From contig JAEOUH010000070.1 in the NCBI GenBank assembly GCA_016839365.1, positions 89,527 through 153,526 on the forward strand: a stretch of 64,000 nt of DNA, given 5' to 3'. This stretch comes from Candidatus Hermodarchaeota archaeon (GTDB lineage Archaea > Asgardarchaeota > Hermodarchaeia > Hermodarchaeales > Hermodarchaeaceae). This document shows positions 39,090 through 48,421 of this stretch, piece by piece (positions within the stretch are counted from its first letter, which is position 1; each line of letters starts with the position of its first letter). Made by a program: the position numbers and the translations under genes. Under the pieces are notes generated by a model, which was given only the letters and a program-made list of their open reading frames with translations, had not been told where the DNA came from and ran no database searches.

Positions 39090-39899
39090 ATGGTGTCAGA
39101 TGATGGTATCATTGCTAAGACAAAACAGACTTTAATAGAGATTAGCCAAAAGGCGCATCGGCATCCCGAAGTTATTGCTCAAGCTGAAAAGGTGGACTGG
39201 TATGAGGATTTCTCAGCAGGATATAAGGGTCTTTACTACTTCGTGCCCGTTTCACTCTCTTCCCGTTATAAACGCCACTTACGAGTAGCAGCCTTGAATG
39301 TGCCCATGGTTCGAAAAGTGAGTGGGAACCTCTTTCAAGAACTCCGACTAGAAGGTCTGCGAGACGTGGACACCATCTTAGCGTATTGTAATGCCTTGTT
39401 AAGGCAATGGAGTTGGGAATATCGCACTATCGCCTTCGACTGGTCCTATCGAGTTCGCAAAGACTTTGAACCCCGTCATTTTCCAATCTTCGAGGGTTGG
39501 ACCAGACTTTACCTATCCACTTGGGGTGGTGTTGATGATTTTTGCACCCATACCATGGGCTACTTTTTCGACACATTTTCTCAGTTTGTTCCGAAGGTGC
39601 TTGGCTGGGCGACTTCGGAGAATCCGTGGATTCTGCGAGCTGCAGCTGTATCACTCATCTTTGGGTTGCGTCGTGGTCGACATGTAGAATACATTTTTGA
39701 TGTCGCCGATGCTATGTTATTAGACCCACGGAAGTACGTACAAACCGGGTATGGCTGGATGCTTAAAGAGGCAACGAAACACTTCCAGGATCAGGTCTTT
39801 GATTACGTGATGGAAAAGAAGGACAAGATGCCCAGACGAGCCCTCCGTTATGCTATTGAAAAAATGCCCAAGACGCTCAAAGCCCAAGCCATGGACTAG
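39090..39899 (+). CDS. alkD: DNA alkylation repair protein (AlkD-like HEAT-repeat glycosylase)
   Basis: WGGVDD, WATSENPWILRAA, YVQTGYGWMLKE and MPRRALRYAIEK motifs. Confidence 0.85.
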   Translation: MVSDDGIIAKTKQTLIEISQKAHRHPEVIAQAEKVDWYEDFSAGYKGLYYFVPVSLSSRYKRHLRVAALNVPMVRKVSGNLFQELRLEGLRDVDTILAYCNALLRQWSWEYRTIAFDWSYRVRKDFEPRHFPIFEGWTRLYLSTWGGVDDFCTHTMGYFFDTFSQFVPKVLGWATSENPWILRAAAVSLIFGLRRGRHVEYIFDVADAMLLDPRKYVQTGYGWMLKEATKHFQDQVFDYVMEKKDKMPRRALRYAIEKMPKTLKAQAMD

Positions 39900-39956
39900 A
39901 TTTAACACTTTCCCCTAACGTTATGCTCTTAATGGGATTAGACACAATATGACGTT

Positions 39957-40415
39957 GTGGTTCACATGACTGAAATGCATGGTTATTGTGGGTATCGGTG
40001 CCATTTGTGTGCCGCCCAATCTCCAGATGAAAAAACCCGGCAAAAGCTAGTTGATGGGTGGCGCAAGTACTTTGGGCACCAGAATTATACTGCCCAAAAT
40101 GTGCAGTGTGATGGATGCAAGGCTGACGGAAAACTCGCAGACAAGGAATGCCAAGCGCGACCTTGTGCCAAAGAGCGGGGGGTCGATTATTGCATGACTT
40201 GCGATGACTTCCCCTGTGATAAGGTGAAGAAACTAATGGGCAGTCGAAATGGGATGCTCCTTTATAGTCTCCCCCGAACATATGATATTACTGAAGATGA
40301 ATACAATCTGTGCATGACTCAATTCGATTCAATGCCTTTCATTCTCAGGATCCTCACTGAGCATCAGAAAGTTCCCCGATGGTGGAAAGTACCAAATAAA
40401 TCACAGAAGAAATGA
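39957..40415 (+). CDS. DUF3795 domain Cys-rich protein
   Basis: YCGYRCHLC...CDGC...C.ARPC...C.TCDDFPC. Confidence 0.85.
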   Translation: MVHMTEMHGYCGYRCHLCAAQSPDEKTRQKLVDGWRKYFGHQNYTAQNVQCDGCKADGKLADKECQARPCAKERGVDYCMTCDDFPCDKVKKLMGSRNGMLLYSLPRTYDITEDEYNLCMTQFDSMPFILRILTEHQKVPRWWKVPNKSQKK

Positions 40416-40475
40416 ATATCAGTTCATCGAAGTCAATGCAGCTGAATACCTCAGAAGTCTCAACTCATTTGTGGA

Positions 40476-40519
40476 GAAAAAAGAAAAAGTGGAACATAGT
40501 TTGTGTTAAACGATGTTCC
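40476..40519 (-). terminator. hairpin plus U-tract terminator
   Basis: GGAACAT-A-GTTT/AAAC-G-ATGTTCC with an adjacent A-run. Confidence 0.55.
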
Positions 40520-40520
40520 T

Positions 40521-40799
40521 TTAGGCTCCACCTTTTCCACTGGGCAGAATTGCGCCAGCGACCAGAGTTAAAATGCCAGGCACGACACCAGTGAAGATGA
40601 GTGCGAGAATGCCAGTAACGATGGCTCCGGTCTTATGCTCCACGGGGTTATCCCGCCAGGAGAGCCAGAGGGCGCCAAAAACGATTCCAACGATTGCCAA
40701 TGGAATGGTAATAACACCGAAGATTAAAAAAACCGAAATGATAATCTGCAGGATTCCGGCAACGAGGAGTAACGTGCTTGCGGTTTCTTCATCGCTCAT
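40521..40799 (-). CDS. small membrane protein
   Basis: Hydrophobic 92-aa ORF with SD GAGGT upstream of ATG 40799. Confidence 0.7.
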   Translation of the reverse strand: MSDEETASTLLLVAGILQIIISVFLIFGVITIPLAIVGIVFGALWLSWRDNPVEHKTGAIVTGILALIFTGVVPGILTLVAGAILPSGKGGA

Positions 40800-41037
40800 G
40801 TTGTAACCTCTCAAAGAAGGTTATGTTGTCTTACTGGTTGAAATATAAATTCTTTAGTATCCATGGACGCCCTGCTATCCGTAGATGGTTGAAGTATGAA
40901 TTTCTATGATGTAGTTTCAACCAACTGAACTGTGTGGTTCTGACCTTCTATTGTATGAAAGAAAAATCAGTTTACCTCTTGTAAAAAACATTACAACATA
41001 TGATAAAAGAAATTCACTACACCTTTTTCTTATACAT

Positions 41038-42279
41038 CTAGCTAGTAAGTGCGTTCTTCAGCTTGGCAGGTTTTGCCCTTTCAATACGAATCTGATCAAG
41101 GTTGTGAAAGTCTTTGAAGCGCTGCAATTCCTCTCCGATGGCTTCGATTGCATCGTTTAATTGATTCCGTGGAAGAGTGACTTCTACGTTGCGGAGGATA
41201 AGTGTCTTGTTTGCCCGATCCGCTTTTGGGTCGATTCGCCCAATCAGGTTGTGTTTCCACAAAATAGGTGTGATATAGTAGCCAAATTGCCTTTTCGCTG
41301 GAGGAACATAGGCTTCGAGTTTAATCTCCATATCAAACAACTCTCTTACTCGTTGGCGGTCCCAGACCAGATTATCGAAGGGATTAAGGAACCAAGCACG
41401 CGAGGAAGAGTAGCGCCGATCTTGAATTTGATGTAGAAACGGTAATCGACGAGTAAGTATGTAATATTGCTGCGTTGATTGGGATACATCAATTCGCATC
41501 ACTACATCTTCTTGTTCCAACTGGGCCAGGAGTTGTTCCATAATTTTAGTTCGATTTTTCGGTCGTTGTTCAGCGCCATAATCTAAGGCGTAATTCCTCA
41601 AACTAATGTATTCTAAAAGTTGCCTTGGCGTACTTGTAACCAAGCACTCAAGGCTACGTTCCAAGAAAAATCGCCATACTTGGTCTCGGTCCACCTCTTG
41701 GTTCAGGTATTTACTGGGAATGGCGCGTTCGGTGAGGTCATAGAGACGTTGAAAGTTCTTACGCTCCACAACAGCAATACGCCCTCTTGTCCATAGGAGA
41801 TCTAGTGCCACCTTTGCAGGTTTCCAGTCCCAGAAGCCCCCGCGCTTCTTTCCACTGGGATCTTCGAAATCCCTGCTACTTAACGGCCCTTCGTTTCGGA
41901 TTCGGGCTTCGACAACATCCATCAAATCCCTATGCTCATTGTAGAGCTTTTGATACCATGAATTATACGTTGTTGGGTCACGTTGCATGTGATGCCAATA
42001 GTATGGGTACTCTTCGATAGGAACAACAGAACAGGCATGTGCCCAGGTTTCGAATACCTGACGCTCACGAAGTGCTTTCCACACATGGCCCGGCTCGTAA
42101 TCTTTTACACGGTTTCGTAGTGTGAGGTGATGGCTGCGGGCAACTACAGAAACTGTGTCAATTTGAACAGCTGCAATTTCTTGGACGGCTTGTTTAACCG
42201 AGGTCCATGATGGGGCATCATCTAATCCTTGTCGGATGGTAAACGCTGCTCGGAGGGTTGGGATGTCACTGAATACCAC
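41038..42279 (-). CDS. ycaQ: YcaQ/AlkZ (HTH_42) family crosslink-repair DNA glycosylase, QxD (YcaQ-like) type
   Basis: VQIDTVSVVARSH, FETWAH, NFQRLYDL and LNPFDNLVWDR...EAYVPPAKRQFGYY motifs. Confidence 0.9.
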   Translation of the reverse strand: MVFSDIPTLRAAFTIRQGLDDAPSWTSVKQAVQEIAAVQIDTVSVVARSHHLTLRNRVKDYEPGHVWKALRERQVFETWAHACSVVPIEEYPYYWHHMQRDPTTYNSWYQKLYNEHRDLMDVVEARIRNEGPLSSRDFEDPSGKKRGGFWDWKPAKVALDLLWTRGRIAVVERKNFQRLYDLTERAIPSKYLNQEVDRDQVWRFFLERSLECLVTSTPRQLLEYISLRNYALDYGAEQRPKNRTKIMEQLLAQLEQEDVVMRIDVSQSTQQYYILTRRLPFLHQIQDRRYSSSRAWFLNPFDNLVWDRQRVRELFDMEIKLEAYVPPAKRQFGYYITPILWKHNLIGRIDPKADRANKTLILRNVEVTLPRNQLNDAIEAIGEELQRFKDFHNLDQIRIERAKPAKLKNALTS

Positions 42280-42313
42280 AGAATCACAACAACATGAATC
42301 ATTTCTGGATTAG

Positions 42314-43123
42314 TTAATATTTTGCGAAACCTAGCATTCGGGGAACGAACTCCTCCAGCAAAGGCTCGAGAGTTGGACCATTGGGATTACGCGTTTCATA
42401 ATATGGGATTTCTAATTGCTGTGCAAGTGTCCGAGCCCTCTTTCGAGTGATTTTCCTACGTCCAGAGGGATCGGGCTTATGGCCAACCAAGGCAATCGGA
42501 ACCTCCCCGTTGATGTCTTTGACCAAGTCATGAAGGGAAGGCACCATTTCCAATCCGTCTTTGTTGCGAACGTCAAAAACGAAGATGGTTCCATGGGCGC
42601 CCCGGTAATGGGTGAGAAAATAGGGGATATGCGGTGGAACAATATTCCAGGCTAGAACGCGGACCCGGTTCTCCGTATTTTCATAATCCCGGAATGAAAG
42701 GTTGAACCCAAGAGTTGCTCGATAATCGGTGGGGCTGGTTTCGAAGCCGGATCGCTCAAGAAGTGGACACAGGTCTAATTCTGGTTCGGCCACAAGAAGG
42801 AGTTTTAAACCAAACTCTTGTCGGGATAAGTCACCCATGAGAGCCCCTTGCGATTTGATGGTGTATCCACCAGGAAGGATTTGTTTATCTTTGAGCCATT
42901 CATGGAATTGGTTTGCGAGGACTGCTTCTTTCTGTTTAATTGGATCTTGTGGGTCAGCTCTTGGTAATACTGATTCGATTGGTTCATCGGGGCCATTAAC
43001 GATTCGTAATTGCATGTCGAATCGTGTCAATTGTGTATGGCATACAGGACATTGTCCCCGTTCATCCGGTTCGACTGAAGCCTTGCAATTCAAGCACTTT
43101 AGAGGAATAATATCTCGCTCCAA
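42314..43123 (-). CDS. zinc-ribbon plus degenerate Rab-like small GTPase domain
   Basis: CLNC...CPVC; then KLLLV, YRATLG, LAWNI, YRGAHGTIFVFDV, PIALVGHKPD and IPYYET align to the Rab scaffold. Confidence 0.8.
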   Translation of the reverse strand: MERDIIPLKCLNCKASVEPDERGQCPVCHTQLTRFDMQLRIVNGPDEPIESVLPRADPQDPIKQKEAVLANQFHEWLKDKQILPGGYTIKSQGALMGDLSRQEFGLKLLLVAEPELDLCPLLERSGFETSPTDYRATLGFNLSFRDYENTENRVRVLAWNIVPPHIPYFLTHYRGAHGTIFVFDVRNKDGLEMVPSLHDLVKDINGEVPIALVGHKPDPSGRRKITRKRARTLAQQLEIPYYETRNPNGPTLEPLLEEFVPRMLGFAKY

Positions 43124-43226
43124 ATCTTCAGGTTAACAGTTCCTATTTTTTTGTTGTGCATGAAGTTAATTTCTCGAGTTCTGCTTTCAGTTCTTTTCTT
43201 CCTCATAGCTATGTTTTTCATTAGGG

Positions 43227-44480
43227 CTAGACATTAAATTCCGTCGCAAATGTATCAAGTTCGTCTTGTGTTCTGATTAATGCATCAAAAGTGCCGGTTT
43301 GTAGAATCTGTGTGACGACTCTTGCTATTTTTGAACTGATGCCGAGTTGGGTCTTGAGTACTCCCTTGTCAGCGAGTGTTTTGAGGTCTTCGACTCCTTT
43401 CTCAATTTTGATTGCTAGTTCTTGGTATGGTTTCCAAAAATTTCTGGGTTTGCCTAGTATGATTTGACGGTAATAAACGAGGTCAAGAAGGCGGTTGATA
43501 ATCTCGATGTTAGCCTCAGGTTCGCCCGGAGGCATATGCCTAACAGACCGATCCGAAATTCCCACTTTTTGACACACGCGCCGACCCTGAAGGCCAGGAT
43601 TCACAGGTAAGAGCTCTACAATTGGATATCCATAGGTATGGTTATTCGCATAAATTTGCTGAAGGTGATCGTATACCTGGGGGACTCGTCGGCGTATCAC
43701 ATTAAAGAAATAGTCCTTTTGTCGTCCAGGCTTCAAGGTCATTCCGGAAAAGAGGATGAACTCTGCACCAGCGTTTTTCGCCTCTTTCGCTAAGCTCTCC
43801 ATATTCTCTGGTGTGTCTCCAACCGTTGGGATGGTTGGATAGGCCATTACCCCTCCATACATGCCTGCCTTGCGAATTTGTTTCAGGGCTTCGAAGCGTT
43901 CCCAGGTCGCTGAGGATTTTGGCTCAAAGATTTTTTGTATTTCTTCATTATAGAGAGTAATGCTGAAACACACACTAACAAAGGCTTGTTTATGAATCTC
44001 TTTCAGTAGGTCCAAATCACGGAGTACTAGATTTGACTTGGTCAGAATGAACACGGGAAGACGAAAATCATACAAGGTTTCAAGGACCTGTCGTGTGATC
44101 TGGTATTTTTCTTCAGCTTGCTGGTACGCGTCAGAAACTCCGCCTGAGATACCCACAATAATTTTTCGGGGTCCTGTGTCCAACGCTTTGGTTTTTTCTC
44201 TGTCACTTAGGAATCGAACTAAGGTTTCCGATTGCATTTTATTCTGAGACTTGAACCTGGCACGCTCTAGTTCCTGTCGTAACACTTGGGGGGCATTTTC
44301 CTTTACACGGATATGAGTATAGAAATTATCAATTCTGTAATACTGACAATGACCATCACAGTACACACATCCGTGTTCACAACCCCGATAGGAGTTCATT
44401 GACCGGTTGCTATGGAACCAGGCATCACCATAGATTGGTTTGGATAACAATGTCTTAGCTTGTATCTTTTCGTATTGCAT
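43227..44480 (-). CDS. SPL/Rv2578c-like radical SAM protein with C-terminal HhH domain
   Basis: YRGCEHGCVYC, DAYQ..E..Y.ITR, ILTKS.LVLRDLD and FEP motifs. Confidence 0.88.
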   Translation of the reverse strand: MQYEKIQAKTLLSKPIYGDAWFHSNRSMNSYRGCEHGCVYCDGHCQYYRIDNFYTHIRVKENAPQVLRQELERARFKSQNKMQSETLVRFLSDREKTKALDTGPRKIIVGISGGVSDAYQQAEEKYQITRQVLETLYDFRLPVFILTKSNLVLRDLDLLKEIHKQAFVSVCFSITLYNEEIQKIFEPKSSATWERFEALKQIRKAGMYGGVMAYPTIPTVGDTPENMESLAKEAKNAGAEFILFSGMTLKPGRQKDYFFNVIRRRVPQVYDHLQQIYANNHTYGYPIVELLPVNPGLQGRRVCQKVGISDRSVRHMPPGEPEANIEIINRLLDLVYYRQIILGKPRNFWKPYQELAIKIEKGVEDLKTLADKGVLKTQLGISSKIARVVTQILQTGTFDALIRTQDELDTFATEFNV

Positions 44481-44595
44481 ACAGCTACCACGTTATTGGT
44501 GTCTATTGCTCAGCATGATGCTCTTTTAGTCTTATGATTTTATGTTTCATTCTCTGCGGGTCTATCATATTCAAGTCAGGATTTGAGGGTTGAGG

Positions 44596-44964
44596 TCAGG
44601 CGTGATGAAGTCCGTTGATTTGCTGGATGACTTGGAAGATGAATTCACCAAAGGTGCTACTATTGCGAATCCGTTTTTTTAGGTAATCCCGGAGAATATG
44701 TTTGTCCATTTCAACATCACATTGGCTGAGAACGACGACTTCCGTAAGCAGGTCCAACAGAAGACGTTGTTCTCTTCGGGTTAAGGCGGGTCCGAGTTTG
44801 TCAAGAACATAGAAGGCATCTTGAAATTCAAGAGAGCCCATATTCGACAAATCGGTCAAAGCCGATAAGGTCTGCCCAGCTAAATAGTCCTTCCCGATTT
44901 CGAGAAGGCGATCACCGATTTTCCCTTCCGTCGTAACAGGTGTTTTGACTTTGCTTATTGACAG
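44596..44964 (-). CDS. hypothetical helical protein; start uncertain (CTG 44964 or TTG 44859)
   Basis: The frame is open from the upstream gene's TAG (44971) to TGA 44596. Confidence 0.55.
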   Translation of the reverse strand: MSISKVKTPVTTEGKIGDRLLEIGKDYLAGQTLSALTDLSNMGSLEFQDAFYVLDKLGPALTRREQRLLLDLLTEVVVLSQCDVEMDKHILRDYLKKRIRNSSTFGEFIFQVIQQINGLHHA

Positions 44965-44970
44965 GGTTTT

Positions 44971-45633
44971 CTACTTCCGTCTCTCCTCAATCAGTATACG
45001 AAGGCCATGGCTCCCTGGCTCTGATACTTCTGTGATGCGAATACGAATCCCATCAACTAGTCTCGTAAGGTGTTTCCAGAATTCGCGTTGGAACAGCGAA
45101 GCTTGTTGAGTTGGAATTGCACTTAGCGATGGTTGAAAAACGTCATTGCGGATTACTATAGAATACTGATCATCAATAGGTTCTAAAGAAGCATAGAAGC
45201 CGTACCGATCGAGAGCCTCCACAACTTCGTCTAATCTATCCGGGAGATTTCCACTGGGTTTCTTTGGGAGAATATGCCGCCACAAGGCTATGACAGCCTG
45301 TCTAATGAGAGAATTGGTTGTTTTTTCATCAAAGGACTGGAGTATAACATCTAATAGTGCGGAGAAGATGTGAGTCGTTTGTGTTGGGAATAGGCTGTAG
45401 GCAAGGGGGGTTAAGGAATAGGTACGTTTGGGACGGCCACGCTTGGCATGTTCATAGGATGAGGAGATTAGTCCAGCGAGTTCCAAGACGTCAAGATGCC
45501 CTCGAATTGCGCTAATGTTGATACCTAAGTCTTCTGCAAGACTAACCGCATTGGCATCTGCTTCGAGCAGGTGCTCGAGGATCACTCGGCGAGTGCCTGT
45601 AATGAGTGAAGAAAGCTTGCTCGATGACGTCAA
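44971..45633 (-). CDS. COG2345/SufR-like HTH transcription regulator, cysteine-free
   Basis: TRRVILEHL...LAEDLGINISAIRGHLDVLE..GLI...RGRPKRTYSLT. Confidence 0.85.
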   Translation of the reverse strand: MTSSSKLSSLITGTRRVILEHLLEADANAVSLAEDLGINISAIRGHLDVLELAGLISSSYEHAKRGRPKRTYSLTPLAYSLFPTQTTHIFSALLDVILQSFDEKTTNSLIRQAVIALWRHILPKKPSGNLPDRLDEVVEALDRYGFYASLEPIDDQYSIVIRNDVFQPSLSAIPTQQASLFQREFWKHLTRLVDGIRIRITEVSEPGSHGLRILIEERRK

Positions 45634-45800
45634 GGTGCTGAACCTTGGAGCTTCCTGTACCTTTCAAATATTTAAATCATTATATACTAAATTTAGTGAT
45701 TATAATATTGCCACTAGACCGTTTCTTACGAACAAAGAAAGAAAACAAATGCAGAGACTCCTTCAGTCTACCGCGCCTTATACACCAATCAGGTTGCCGG

Positions 45801-47060
45801 CTATTCATATCGAAGGGCTTTGACAGGATCGAGTTTGGCTGCTTTTCGGGCGGGGTAAATCGCGAAGATGACGCTGACCAATATGGAAAAGCTCATAGCA
45901 ATAAGAATCGTTTCAGGAGCGAGCACTGGAACAAGGGTGAAGGAGCCGCCTCCACCAAATCCGAAGTCGCCATTACCAAAACCGCCTTGAAAGCTGCTGA
46001 AGAGAACAGGAAGCATCAGGCCCATACCATAGGCTAGGACTAATCCTACGATAATGCCAATAACTCCTCCGAGAACGCCCAAAAGAACGGCTTCGGAGAG
46101 AAACTGACTTAGTATCGTGCGGTCCTTGGCCCCAATGGCTTTCATGATTCCGATTTCACGCGTTCGTTCCATTACAGTTACTAACATGATGTTAAGTATC
46201 GAGATTCCTGCTACTAGTAGGGCAATGGATGCGATGGCTAGCAGGAAGACTTCCATGATGTTAAAGACGCCTGATACTGTGTCAATAATGGCACTTGGTA
46301 CTATGACCAGGACTTGGTCTTCGAAGGCTTCGCTGATTTCATCGGCGATGGCATCTGCTTGTTGCGGATCAGCGATACGGACGAGAATGCTATCGATTGC
46401 TTCAGTATTAAACAGGTCTTGGTAAGTGTCAAGCGGAATGAAGATGGATCTATCAAAGGGCAGCATCCCTGATTGTCCTGCTTCTTCAAGGACTCCTCCG
46501 ACAATGAATGAGACATTAATAAAGATGAAACTGAATCCTACACGTACTAACACTTCAGCTGTGACATTATCACCTGCTGAAGCAATAGGGTCATTAAGAT
46601 AACCAATGATGCAAGAGTCATTGGCTCCTAATTGATTCCAATCTCCATCAGAAAAGGTCAGTCGATGCCCATATACTGCTTCAAGATTAGTGAAGTTGAC
46701 ACCGATAAGCCGAGTATCAAGGGTTCCTCCAGTTTCATTGTAAATTGTGGTGCCAGTTTGAGAGATACCCAGAGTTGCTTCCACACCAGTGATGTTTTGA
46801 ATGAGTCGTGTGTCATTCATCTGTAATGAGGTTAATCCGCCTCCACCCAATATGCCACCCCCAGGAATGACTGTAAGGATATCCGTGTCTAATCCCTGGC
46901 TGAGTTGTTGAGTGATTTGTCCCTCAAAACCACCACTGAGGGCAGATATTGATACAACGGCCATAATTCCGACTACAATGCCAAGGGTGGTCAACGCCGT
47001 ACGCGTTTTTCTGCGGCGCATGTTCGTGAAGGCTAGACTTAGGATGTTTTTCATCTTCAT
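45801..47060 (-). CDS. ABC transporter permease, MacB/FtsX family
   Basis: RTALTTLGIVVGI, VMERTREIGIMKAIGA and PARKAAKLDPVKALRYE. Confidence 0.95.
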   Translation of the reverse strand: MKMKNILSLAFTNMRRRKTRTALTTLGIVVGIMAVVSISALSGGFEGQITQQLSQGLDTDILTVIPGGGILGGGGLTSLQMNDTRLIQNITGVEATLGISQTGTTIYNETGGTLDTRLIGVNFTNLEAVYGHRLTFSDGDWNQLGANDSCIIGYLNDPIASAGDNVTAEVLVRVGFSFIFINVSFIVGGVLEEAGQSGMLPFDRSIFIPLDTYQDLFNTEAIDSILVRIADPQQADAIADEISEAFEDQVLVIVPSAIIDTVSGVFNIMEVFLLAIASIALLVAGISILNIMLVTVMERTREIGIMKAIGAKDRTILSQFLSEAVLLGVLGGVIGIIVGLVLAYGMGLMLPVLFSSFQGGFGNGDFGFGGGGSFTLVPVLAPETILIAMSFSILVSVIFAIYPARKAAKLDPVKALRYE

Positions 47061-47827
47061 TTTACGGTCACCTGTCCTCCACCTTCTCTTTCAGCGACAA
47101 ATTCACCATCGCGCATCTCAATGACCCTATCAGCTACAGTAGTGAGTCGAGTGTCATGACCGACGACAATGAAAGTGAGGCCTTGTGATTGGTTCAGATT
47201 ACGTAATAGATGGATAATTTCGGCACCGGTGTTAGTATCTAGGTTTCCAGTTGGCTCATCGGCAAGTATAATCCTCGGATTATTAGCTAACGCTCGAGCA
47301 ATCGCCACTCGTTGCTGTTCACCACCACTCAGTTCAGCTGGAATGTGGTGACGTCGATCTCCTAATCCGACTTTTTCTAGGAGTTCTTGAGCACGTCTGT
47401 GAGCATTCGCTGTGGGGACTTCAGAGAATTTCAAGGGTAATTCGATGTTCGCCTGGGCTGTCAGTTGGGGCATTAGATTAAAAAATTGGAAAACGAAACC
47501 TACACGCCGTAACCGAACATCCGCGAGTTGATTATGGCTGAGTGTGGAGAGATCCAGTCCTTCAACGAAGACCTTACCAGCCGTGGGTTGATCAAGTGCG
47601 CCGAGTAAATGCAGAAGTGTAGATTTGCCGCTTCCAGATACACCAAGAATTGTCAGGAATTCGCCTTGAGGGACTTGTAGGTTTACGCCCCGAACGGCTC
47701 GAACGGATACGGTTCCCATTTGGTAAGTTCTTTCTAGATTCTGGGCTTCGATGATGTGCTTGAAAGTTTGGGATTGATAATCAAATAGGGGCGTAATTGC
47801 TTCATCGGCCTGTATTGGCTGGGTCAT
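47057..47827 (-). CDS. ABC transporter ATP-binding protein (LolD/MacB-type)
   Basis: [24 protein letters not shown] and ADEPTGNLD; start moved to 47827. Confidence 0.95.
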   Translation of the reverse strand: MTQPIQADEAITPLFDYQSQTFKHIIEAQNLERTYQMGTVSVRAVRGVNLQVPQGEFLTILGVSGSGKSTLLHLLGALDQPTAGKVFVEGLDLSTLSHNQLADVRLRRVGFVFQFFNLMPQLTAQANIELPLKFSEVPTANAHRRAQELLEKVGLGDRRHHIPAELSGGEQQRVAIARALANNPRIILADEPTGNLDTNTGAEIIHLLRNLNQSQGLTFIVVGHDTRLTTVADRVIEMRDGEFVAEREGGGQVTVK

Positions 47828-47931
47828 TAATATCACCAGTTGGAAACATAAGGGTGAGTCGAAATCATATATGACTCTTAAAGACATGAAATTAACAAAC
47901 ACATATAAGCTTTCGTAATTCATTAATCCTT

Positions 47932-48405
47932 ATGGCATTTACACCCTTCTTCCAACGCCCCAAAGGAGTCCTACTCAGCATATCAATCCTTCGGATGCTC
48001 ATAGACGAACCCATGCATGGTTATCAGCTTATGAAACAAATCGAAGAAGATACGAACAAAGCCTGGGTACCTTCCCATTCTTTACTCTATAATACACTTG
48101 GGACCCTCGAAGAGCAAGGTTTCATCACGAGTGAAAAGGACTTTAAGGGGGAAGTGGAGCGAACTGTTTACTCCATCACCGATGAAGGGAAGACCCATCT
48201 GAATGAACAGATTAGTCAATTAGCCCAAGTCTTTTCACGGATGATGCAGGCTGCATCAGAACACCCTATCCCGCGAATGCCTCGGATCTTTTTAGAGTAC
48301 TTGGAGCCAGAAGAGCGTCGACAGTTCTTAATTCAGATAAAGAACCGATTAGAGGTAGCCCTTAAGGAAGTTAAAAAGGATATAGCAGCTATAGAATCGA
48401 AATAG
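47932..48405 (+). CDS. PadR family transcription regulator
   Basis: PMHGYQLM...PS..LLY..L..LEEQGFI...YSITDEG; divergent from the ABC operon. Confidence 0.92.
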   Translation: MAFTPFFQRPKGVLLSISILRMLIDEPMHGYQLMKQIEEDTNKAWVPSHSLLYNTLGTLEEQGFITSEKDFKGEVERTVYSITDEGKTHLNEQISQLAQVFSRMMQAASEHPIPRMPRIFLEYLEPEERRQFLIQIKNRLEVALKEVKKDIAAIESK

Positions 48406-48421
48406 TGCAGGATACTGGTTC

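Noticed and set aside
30230-45633. Genome-wide TAG recoding (pyrrolysine) suggested by in-frame TAGs at 33466 and 44971
   Set aside because: Well-conserved genes such as ggt (…DGTAIGW*) and the GyrI-like gene at 7125 end naturally at TAG, and no pyl genes are present in the window.
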